A stretch of 64,000 bases of DNA, from positions 74,152,001-74,216,000 of the forward strand of contig NC_086380.1 in assembly GCF_036588685.1 (NCBI RefSeq). The letters run 5' to 3'. The notes under the pieces were generated by a model. The model worked only from the letters and a program-made list of their open reading frames with translations, had not been told where the DNA came from and made no database searches. The position numbers and the translations under genes are program-made. This document shows, piece after piece, positions 13,884 to 24,696 of this stretch; position 1 is the stretch's first letter; every line of letters begins with the position of its first letter. This stretch comes from Mytilus trossulus. Its lineage: Eukaryota.

Positions 13884-15056
13884 GTTGAAGACCGTACCTT
13901 GACTTATAATGGGTTAATTTTATAAAGTGTGTGTTGGATGGAGAGTTGTCTTATAGACACTCGTACCACGTCTTCCTATATCTATTAAAAATCGAACTCG
14001 AAAAAGGGTTAGCCCTTAACACTGAAGAAATCAGACTGAGTGTGCATTTGCTTTCCGTGTACCATTTTAACATATTTGATTTAGATCTGCTAGGAGTTTA
14101 TGCAATAAGTTTGACATGTAATGCTACAAATTTTAGAATATCTGTAGTATATAATCTTATATTTCGTTTCTGTTTGTGTTGCATTTTAGTGTTGCGTTTC
14201 TATTGTGTCGATGGTCTCCTCTTATATTTTATGTGTTTCCCTCAGTTTTACTTTGTAACCCGGCTTAATTTGTTTTTTCTCAATCGATTTATGAATTTTG
14301 AACATTTCTACTCTAGTTCCTATAAGTGGTCCTATTATATCCTCAGTTAAGCTCGGAAAGCTCCTAATTTATGTTCTAAAATATAATTAACAAAATGCGT
14401 TATACTTCAAAGTAAGAGTTTAAACTTTGAACAATACTTTCCATACAATTTTCTCAGTGTGAGTGTTTTAAAAGACCACTTTCTAGTTCATCGCGTCACC
14501 GGAAAAAAACTCATCTATTATGCGCGCCTTTGTGACGTCATTTACTAGATAGAGACGATCGCCTGTATCCCTGTACTATAAACGTTCATCAAGCGTCCTA
14601 GTAATTGTCATTATGCAGGATAAACAAAAAATAAAGTTCAGTAGGTACTTAATCACAATTCCATAATGACAGCGGTACTGATTGTCAATTATGAGAATTT
14701 AATATGCCAAATAATTTGTGCAATATAGCATTATAGTTTTCCCTTCACTCGCTCAATATTGGAAGGAAAAAGACGACGCCCCTGAACGCAAGAATGACAT
14801 TCACTAAAACATAAGTTTTTGACGGAAAAGCATCGAGCTCGAAAGTTGTCTACTGTTGACTCCAATTAATGCCTTCAGTTATGCTTCCTGTTAAACTGCC
14901 AGCTCTATTGATTAACAATGCAGGGGTGACACACTTATATAACACATTTCTGTGGAAAAAAAGTTGTCAATAAATAATTATCAGCTAGTTAGTAAGTGCT
15001 TCCGTATTGGCAATATTTCAACAAACGTGTCCACGAATTGTATGTGACTGTTATAT

Positions 15057-16575
15057 AAAGAGGAAATCCTGGATAATCATAGGTCTGTTCTTTGTTCCTT
15101 TGGTATTTCAACCAAAGATGAAGAACTGGATCTTCCATCACTGTATTGGATACCTAAACTACATAAGTGTCCTTACAAACAACGGTATATTGCTGGGTCT
15201 TCCAAGTGCTCCACGAAACCCCTTTCTAAATTATTAACATCCATTTTATCAGCAATCAAAGACGGGCTTCAAAGTTATTGTGAAACTGCCTATTCTAGAG
15301 GTGGCGTGAATCAGATGTGGATACTTAAAGATTCCAAAGATCTTTTAGAGTACATACAATCTAACTCTCTTTCATCTTGTAACAGTATTAAAACATTTGA
15401 CTTTTCTACTCTTTACACAAGTATTCCACATTCCAAACTAAAAGACAAATTAAAAGAGTTGGTATTACTTTGCTTCATATAAAAGAATGGCCAACGTAGA
15501 TACAAGTATCTTGTCTTAGGGAGGGATAAATCATACTTTGTAAAGAACCATTCTGATTCAAACAAAAAATTCTCTGAAACCGATATTACCAAGATGCTTG
15601 ATTTCTTGATTGACAACATATTTGTTACGTTCGGAGGACGTGTTTTTCAACAGACTGTCGGCATCCCAATGGGAACAAACTGTGCCCCTCTACTTGCTGA
15701 CTTGTTTCTTTATTATTATGAGGCTGACTTCATGCAGGAACTTCTTAGGAAGAAAGATAAGAAGTTAGCAATATCCTTTAACTCTACTTTCCGCTATATA
15801 GATGACGTTCTTTCACTAAACAATTCAAAATATGGTGACTATGTGGATCGCATCTATCCCATCGAATTGGAGATAAAGGATACTATAGATACAGTTAAGT
15901 CGGCTTCATATCTTGACTTACATCTAGAAATTGACAATGAGGGTCGGTTGAAGACAAAACTTTACGACAAAAGAGATGATTTCAGCTTTCCAATTGTGAA
16001 CTTTCCATTTCTAAGTAGCAACATTCCAGCAGCACCTGCATACGGGGTATATATCTCCCAATTGATACGATATTCCCGTGCTTGCATTTACTATCATGAT
16101 TTTCTTGATTGAGGGTTACTGCTCACAAGGAAGCTATTAAACCAAGAGTTCCAAATGGTGAAGTTGAAATCATCCCTTCGTAAATTTTACGGACGCCATC
16201 ACGAGTTGGTTGACCGTTATGGAATAACCGTTTCACAAAATTAATGATATCGGAAATGTTCCTTACGTCGTAACTACAATCCCCATTCCCTTTCATGAAT
16301 TTGACCTACCGAATTAGACTATTTACCGGATTTGTAATCACATAAGCAACACGACGGGTGCCGCATGTGGAGCAGGATCTGCTTACCCTTCCGGAGCACC
16401 TGAGATCTACCCTAGTTTTTGGTGGGGTTCGTGTTGTTTATTCTTTAGTTTTCTATGTTGTGTCATGTGTACTATTGTTTTTCTGTTTGTCTTTTTAATT
16501 TTTAGCCATGGCGTTGTCAGTTTGTTTTAGATTTACGAGTTTGACTGTCCCTTTGGTGTCTTTCGTCCCTCTTTT
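15057..16575 (+). mobile_element. 5'-truncated Penelope-like retroelement (Naiad/Chlamys-type), RT pseudogene plus 3' UTR
   Basis: One frame reads LYWIPKLHK..RYIAGS..TFDFSTLYT..QQTVGIPMGTNCAP..FRYIDD..YLDL..LYDKR, with in-frame stops TAA 15480 and TGA 16110. No C-terminal GIY-YIG. Possible TSD ttatataaa (15051-59 / 16574-82). Confidence 0.9.
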
Positions 16576-17707
16576 ATATAAAATAGAGGTTTTGTTATCT
16601 TTAAACCTTATTATAATCTACCTTTTTCTAGATAAGGAAATGCTTGTACCAATTAAAGAGTATGACAGTTGGTTTTCATGCATTCATTTACGAGGGTTTG
16701 AGGTTATCATTTTGCCATTTGACTAGAGAGTTTCTGATTTGAATTTTCGTTGCATTGTTTTTATTTTTTTTTTGAGGTATTTTTGTTTTTCTACTTTCTG
16801 TTATTTCCTGTTGATACATAAAAACTTTATTCAAATAATCAAAGTTAAGTTCCTCGTACAAAGTTTACTACATCATATGTGTTAGGCCATATTATTAAAA
16901 ATTCATTTTCCTCTTGTTTCATCATTAAAACTTTCAGCTTTATTATACAATTTTTAAGAGAAAGAATAAAATTGATTCTGAAAAAAAAAACCCTTCATTA
17001 ATTAATTCAGAACGTACAATTCAAACTAAACAAAAAACGGAAGGATTATCAGGCCTAGAAGTCATAAAATTTTCGAGTCAGTTTTTTGAACTCGTACTTC
17101 AAAATCAATATATCAAAACGCTTGATTTCATGTTTCGAATATGATTGTTGTGCTCGTAGCACGGAGCAAAGTTTTATTACTTCAACCTGATGAATACAAA
17201 AACAGCCAGAGTAAGCCTCTCCTGCAATGTAAATATTACCAAACATGTGAATGCACAATCCCCCAAGAGGTCAAAATCGGAATTAAAAATCTTGACTGCA
17301 GTTATTTGAGACACAGACAAATCGTATCAGTCAGACCGTAAAAATTAATAATAAAGTCGCATTAATTGTTTTTCCTAAAATTTATGTTCAAGTATATTTG
17401 TGTTGGGAACGTATTTATAGTATATATAGATTATAGTTCATATAATGAACATGCAATATTGTAAAGCATCAACTGAGATGGATAAACGACAAACGATTAA
17501 TATGCTACGGGTATGACTAATGTCATACATGTTGTGGTAGTAATCAACTCTCTTTAACATGCTGCGATAATGAGTTTCGAACGCATCAAACATAATTCGT
17601 ATCCATTTAATCCCTTTGTAGCGTTATACGCAATTGTAAAATATATTTTGCTAAAATATCGTTTATACATTTTTGTTTTTATGACGTTCGCAAAAAAAAG
17701 TTTAATA

Positions 17708-18312
17708 AACATGTTCTTCTCATATATGTTATGATGGTATGATACTAAACCCCTTACTGGAAGGATTGTGCCTGATGTTCATATGATGAAATCATAATCT
17801 TTCAGTCAGTTTAATTGAAGTCTGGAGCTGGCATGTCAGTTAACTGCTAGTAGTCTGTTGTTATTTATGTATTATTGTCATTTTGTTTATTTTCTTTGGT
17901 TACATCTTCTGACATCAGACTCGGACTTTTCTTGAACTGAATTTTAATGTGCGTATTGTTATGCTTTTACTTTTCTACACTTGTTAGAGGTAAAGGGGGA
18001 GTGTTGAGATCTCACAAACATGTTTAATCCCGCCGCATTTTTGCGCGTGTCCCAAGTCAGGAGCCTCTGGCCTTTGTTAGTCTTGTATTATTTAAATTTT
18101 AGTTTCTTGTGTACAATTTGGAAATTAGTATGGCGTTCATTATCACTGAACTAGTATATATTTGTTTAGGGGCCAGCTGAAGGACGCCTCCGGGTGCGGG
18201 AATTTCTCGCTACATTGAAGACCTGTTGGTGACCTTCTGCTGTTGTGTTTTTTTTATTTTGGTCGGGTTGTTGTCTCTTTGACACATTCCCCATTTCCAT
18301 TCTCAATTTTAT
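17708..18312 (+). mobile_element. Non-autonomous interspersed repeat (family A); inverted copy at 32025-32323, fragments at about 2960-3210, 22490-22660, 24155-24270, 25315-25460, 34020-34127
   Basis: Near-identical reverse-complement match of 18015-18312 to 32025-32323. Confidence 0.85.
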
Positions 18313-20084
18313 AACATCATTTGTTTTAAAAGATATAAAGAGTTCCAGTTCATATGTATGTATGTGCTATAATTTATCATAATATAAATATACCATGAGC
18401 CATGGTCAGGAATTAAAATCTTGATAATATGCCCATACATACAATCAAGTATGATGTAAGTTTAATTTCGATTCAAATTGTCAGTTGAAGTTACATGTTA
18501 CTATGATTAACGCGATGCATAATACTGCAGTGATAAAACTCTTTAAAACCAGCTGAACGTTTCTATCAAGTTATATTGTCAAAGAAATGTTAGGCTTCTC
18601 CATGATTAAAATAAGTGTTCCTTAATTGATATATATCCAAAAAAAATTTTCTGATAAATAAAGGCAACAGTAGTATACCGCTGTTAAAAACTCATAACTC
18701 CATGAACAAAAAACAAAATCGGGGTAACAAACTAAAACCGAGGGAATCGCATTAAATGTAAGAGGAGAACAACGACACAACACCGAAACGCAACACACAC
18801 AGAAACGGACCAAGCATCAGACAAAGTGTTTTTACAATTTTTCTTTTTTTTGTATACTTTTGACAAATGGACAAAGTCAATATTTTGTCATAATTTTATA
18901 AAAATGAGTCGAGCCAAATTAATTTTAATCAAGGTGTTAGGTATCACCTTAAGATTCTCGTGTTTGGTTTTAAAAAACTGAAACCGTTTGGATACACGTT
19001 GTATAGTAGTATTTTTTTTCTCTTATTTATCCATTAGAGTAGATAATATGTATGGACCTTTACAGTATTAGAAACACATGTGTGTTTGTCAACCAGTATG
19101 TTCATATAAGAAGATGTAGAGTTCTACGTCAATGAAATATAACGTGGTTTTCGTCAGACCATATATAGTAATACTATAGATAACATTGGACTACTAATAC
19201 TGAATTGGTTATGAAACTTGTTTATTACTTATATCATGAGGATAGTGTTTAACATCGAGAATTTGATTATTTATGTAAGTATTATATTTATAACCTTGCA
19301 GAACTTAATTAATGACTTATAGATTATGTAAAATGTGGTTCACGGAACTATGTTATTTTTAAACTGGAACTGAGTTTGGCTTGACACTGCATTCGACATT
19401 ATTTTTTTAAAATAAATAATTTCCTTGGAGTCCATTAAATAAATCATTAATGGGTGCGAATCCCTATAGTAAAAATTCAAAATATAAATTATACGAAGGC
19501 TGTGATGGTCAATGAGACCATATCCACCAAATACGATATTAAGGGTTTTCGAAACAATCGCTTCGTACGATCGACCACAATTATCAAAACTTATATCGTG
19601 TAGTAAGCAAAAATAAAGGCTTTGTCGTAAAAGACAACTTTATACATTCAAATAAGAAACCCAACTGACTGATTAATGAAGAACACAATTAGCAAATAAA
19701 TTATATGATAGATATGACTGGAATTTACAGACAGTTATTTTCTTTTTGGTTTTTAACAATTTACACAATCCTTACATTACTTTTCTTTTTTTAACACTTG
19801 AATATAAATTTATTGCACTAAAGCTGTTAACAATGACCTTACCGCTACAGCTTTAACTGTAAGGTACCCTGAAATAGTTAGTATCTATAAGAACATTACT
19901 TGTAGGTAGTATGATATTCTATTCTAGTGAAATGTGTATGGTCCTTTCGGGTCAAAGAAATAAAATGGCGAAAAATCGTTTTCTTCATGTTTATGTTATA
20001 TTACAAACTAAAGTTGCCTAAATTAATCGAGAAAATAGAAAAAAGTATTCCACTGAATAACGGCTATGCATATATTTGTTTTGG

Positions 20085-20295
20085 TTTTCTGTGTTTTAAC
20101 CCCACACTAAAGCACCGCTTTTTAGCAACTTCGGCACGGACAAATTTTAATGATGAAGGAAGCCGGAGTTTCCGGAGAAAAAACCACCGACCTTCAATAG
20201 GAAAATGACTATCCCAGTCAATTAAGATTAGAGTCGAGTGCACCTGTACGAACTGGGTTCTAACTAATAACCACAGTGTCGACTGGCCGGTGATT
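20085..20295 (-). mobile_element. SINE remnant with V-domain-like core
   Basis: ggaagccggagtttccggagaaaaaccaccgacct is the reverse complement of a GGTTTTCTCCGG...CTCCGG.TTCC core. Confidence 0.55.
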
Positions 20296-21747
20296 ACAGT
20301 AGGCCCAATGTTATGTATAGCATTAGGTCAACATGTTGTCAACGCCAAATTTTACGAATAGAAAAGGGAAATTACGAAAACTAAGCAAAACATTCAACAA
20401 TATAGGCACTGTGATTAAGCCCTTATTTTGACCTCAAGTTCTTTAACAGTATATTCCTACATCTATAGACAATAAAATACGGACTAATGATGACTGTAGA
20501 TAATTTATCCTGCAATCAGTCAACTATTTTACAAATAATATAAAAATATTTGCTTTGTTGGTATTACCAATGTTACTTCAACTGATCGGGCGGAGCTTCC
20601 TTTTAATTGCATAAGAATAGTCTATTTGTAGATGTGTGTGATAAGGATGATGGCCGTTATAATTATAATTGGTTTTTTTTTCTAATCACCTATCAGTGTC
20701 ACCAAACTGATATACGATGAACTGATTGATAAATATGGGACGAATAACTGAACATTTCATTGATGAATTTATCCCAAAACACCTGTCTATAGATGGACTG
20801 GTCTTAAATAAGCGAACCGGTTAAACCCCGCCCAGTCAAGTGAAATAAATCAAGTAATACTTGTTCAAATAACATATCATGTTACCCCGCTTCTACGTTT
20901 CACAAGCGGTTATGAGAATATTTCTTTTCGTGAAACAGTTCCGGTCCGGTCACTGTTTAAACTTTGTCGAGATCTTTGAAATCAGAGACTTATTTTAACA
21001 ACTAACGTTTAATGTGCCCGGTGTAAATTTCACGGTAAGAACAATATGCACATTGTCGGAATATTTCACATGCATTTGTACTCGCATTTTGTTGTTTGTA
21101 AAGCTCATACAATAACGCTCACTTTAATTCTTAAGGCAATTTGCAATTCTTAAATTAAATACTAAGAAGACCGGCTTAACCTGTAATCTCGTTATAAACT
21201 AAATGACCAGAGATCTAGAAAAAAAACCCAGCACTTTAATACTAAAATGTGGAGCAGGAACTGCTAACACTTCAAGGGCATCGAATATCACCAGTTATTG
21301 TCGGGGTTTGTGATTTTCAGTCTCAAGTGTTTTGTGTAATTTTGTGTGTTCTTTTATTTGTTTGTTGTTATTTTCTTTAAAAGCCATGGAGTTGTCAGTT
21401 TATTTTCGAATCATGAGTTTGGATGTCCCTCTGGTATCTTTCGCCTTTTATATAGCATGTGTCAAGCTCTTAATTGTTCGAGTATAGAAACTTTATCTAA
21501 ATTTAATTGTTATGACCTTAGCACAAAACCTTCGAACTTGCAAGACGAAGAAGAACAGTCACATAACATTAAATTTTAAAGGTGTAAAAGGGCATCATTT
21601 CCAGTAGTTAGTACTAAGGTTTCAACTCACCCAGGCAATATTGGCTTTAGATGAATTTGGCTATTTATTTTTTTGGTATTTTTGACTTATAGCTCTTCAA
21701 CGGTTTCGGTACTTATACATCTTCGGATTTCAAGTGTTTGGCTTTGA

Positions 21748-21789
21748 GCGTTCCTGATGAAGGGAAATCCAGAATAGCGCTTCGGACGC
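21748..21789 (+). ncRNA. Hammerhead-like motif, third family (repeat about 21617-21820)
   Basis: gcgttc CTGATGA agggaaatcca GAAt agcgct TC ggacgc; GAAA mutated to GAAT. Confidence 0.65.
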
Positions 21790-22226
21790 ATAAAAATATT
21801 AAACGTGTTGCTTTCATTTTTTCAATTTCAAACAGCCGATCACTTTTCTCAATGGAAGGGGCATAATAAGATAGCGTTCAAATATAAGGGAATATAATAC
21901 ACTGTTACGTATTGCTGCTAAATCCAGACTATGTAATAACGGCGGTAATATTGTAAAGACTTTTAGAGGAAAGCAGTCAGGCATTAATTGACTAAATTCG
22001 CCTATATTACCTTTTAAATCTAGTCAAATGTATGCTTACCATATAAGTAAATCGTCATAACAAACATTTACAAATTAACAGAGAACTTCAGAAAATTTAA
22101 CAACAAAGTCATGCTGTTCTTGGAGGTATGTTCACCTTATAAGTAAATACCCGTGAATCGATTATGAAACAATGTTGGTAAACACAAATGTGTTAATAAA
22201 TGACCGTAATAGGTGTCAACAATGGG

Positions 22227-22288
22227 TATAAATTCAAGTTCATCACACAGTCCTACAGAAAAATTTATAAGATGCAAATAAATAACAG
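22227..22288 (+). promoter_or_regulatory. TATA box plus putative first coding mini-exon (MQINN-S) of the opsin-like gene, copy 1
   Basis: TATAAA 22227-32, ATG 22272, donor AG|gtaata after 22288, in phase with the acceptor at 26040. Confidence 0.55.
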
Positions 22289-23886
22289 GTAATATAATTC
22301 TCTTCTTTTTTACTTAATTTATATCAATTTATAACGATAAAATAAATTTTAGTTAATCAAAAATTGTTAGCTTTTCGTCATCCAAGGTTAGAACAATAGG
22401 TGTTAATCATATTAATTTCCACACGTTTCCTCTATGTTTTTTACTTAACTGTGACTTAAAAACATTCTGTCAAATATTTTATGAAAATAATTGAAAATGT
22501 AAATTTGGAATTGTCAGAGAGACAACAGCCCGACCAAAGAGTAGAAAACAACTCAAGGGCACAAATGGTTCTTCAACACAGCGATAATATTCTTGCATCT
22601 GGAGACAGGGTCCAGCTAGCCCCTAAAAATGTGGACCAATTCAGTGAAAATGAAATGGATGTCGTCTTTTCAATATTTTCTTAATTATTCTTTATTTGAG
22701 ATTATTTTTTTATTAAATTCTTTTTGCTTTTTGAGATTTTTTTTTCTTTTTGCTTTTTGGAATTTTTTTCTGAATTCTTTTTTTTTTTTTTTTTGAGGTG
22801 GGGGGCTTTCTATTTTGTTGGTTTGTTATGGTGTTAGATACCTTTTACTTTTTTCGATTATTCACAACTAAATGTTTCATCTCTATTATATATGTTCATA
22901 CAAGTTACTGTATATAGTTCTTTATTATTTTTGCCTGTTTCAGTTTTGTTTGTTGTTTTGTTTTCTTGTCTGTGTTTGGTTTATATTGTGTGTTTTACTT
23001 TTTCGACTTTGGTCGCGATAATCTGAGGGAAGTTTCATGCTCACCCAAAACTAGTTCAAACCCATCTATATTTTGCCTCTTGATCATGCAGTGTTAGTGC
23101 TTGGTTGTGTGGGTCTTTTTCTACGAGGTTAAGTCTGTCGTGCGGTTCAATAGTTTTCGTATTTATCATTTGATTCCTACATATTAGCAGAAAAAAACAT
23201 CTTAAAAATCAATCTTTCCAATTAAGTCCCCTGCACTAAAACAAATAAAATAAATAGACCTTGAACATGTGTTTCCTTGCACCATGGTGCAGAGAGGCGG
23301 AAACCTTTTAAAGAACCCAGATTTGGTGGATTTTGTAATAATGGGCACTAAACGTCACATGAAAAGTTCTTGTTTCAGATCGTTTCATGTATCGTTTTTA
23401 CCGCATTAGTTTCTGACTTTCCACGTTAATCATTTCTTTAAAATGTTAAAGGGCATCATTTGCAATTTGAAACAACTGATTATTTTCACAATAAAAGGGG
23501 CATAGATAGCAAAAATATGGACTAAGATACATTTAAACGGAATGCTGATAAAACCAGACCATGTGATTACGACGGAGATACTGTAACGACTTATATAACG
23601 ATACTTATAACGAAAAAAGTCGAGCATAAAGTGACTTAATTCGCCTATATTACCTTTTAAATCTAGTCAAATTTATGCTTACCATATAAGTAAATCGTCA
23701 TAACAAACATTGACAGATTAACAGAGAACTTTAGAAAATTCAACAACAAACTCATTCTATTCTTGGATATATATTTTTGATAACTATATGTTCGCCTTAT
23801 AAGTAAATACCCGTAAAACGATTATGAAACAATGTTAGTTAATACAAATGTGCTAATAAAAGACTGTAATAGGTGTCAACAATGGG

Positions 23887-23948
23887 TATATATTCAAGTA
23901 CATCACACAGTCCTACAGAAAAATTTATAAGATGCAAATAAATAACAG
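23887..23948 (+). promoter_or_regulatory. TATA-like box plus first mini-exon, copy 2
   Basis: TATATA 23887-92, ATG 23932, AG|gtaata after 23948. Confidence 0.55.
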
Positions 23949-24634
23949 GTAATATAATTCTCTTCTTTTTTACTTAATTTATATCAATTTATAACGATAA
24001 AATAAATTTTAGTTAATCAAAACTCAATTGTTAGCTTTTCGTCATCCAAGGTTAGAACAATAGGTGTTAATCATATTAATTTCCACACGTTTCCTCTATG
24101 TTTTTTACTTAACTGTGACTTAAAAACATTCTGTCAAATATTTTATGAAAATAATTGAAAATGTAAATTTGGAATTGTCAGAAAGACAACAACCCGACCA
24201 AAGAGTAGAAAACAACTCAAGGGCACAAATGGTTCTTCAACACAGCAATACTATTCTCGCATCTGGAGACAGGATTGTGTGTGTGTGTTGGGGGGGGGGG
24301 GGTTCGTTTTTGTTATGTTTGTTATTTTTGGTGTTAAATACCTCTATAAGTGATATTGTAACGACTTTTTTAGAAGGAAAACAGTCAGGCATAAACTGAC
24401 TTAATTCGCCTATATTACCTTCTTAATCTAGTTAGATTTATGCTTACCATATAAGTAAATAGTCATAACAAACATTGGCAAATTAACAGAGAACTTTAGA
24501 AAATTTAACAACAAATTCATGCTATTCTTGGAGGAATGTTCACCTTATAAGTAAATACCCGTGAATCGATTATGAAACAATGTTGGTAAACACAAATGTG
24601 CTAATGAAAGACTGTAATAGGTGTCAACAATGGG

Positions 24635-24696
24635 TATAAATTCCAGGACATCACACAGTCCTACAGAAAAATTTATAAGATGCAAATAAATAACAG
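24635..24696 (+). promoter_or_regulatory. TATA box plus first mini-exon, copy 3
   Basis: TATAAA 24635-40, ATG 24680, AG|gttata after 24696. Confidence 0.55.

Noticed and set aside
833-14350. Numerous 60-140-aa ORFs here and elsewhere in the track
   Set aside because: Low-complexity AT-rich translations that overlap repeats and have no domains
16110-16112. In-frame TGA in the Penelope-like RT as selenocysteine
   Set aside because: The sister fragment near 12620 has AGA at this codon and the copy also has a TAA at 15480, so it is a nonsense mutation
17190-17216. ATG...AGA|gtaagc as opsin exon 1
   Set aside because: Phase 0 is incompatible with the acceptors at 26040 and 26048
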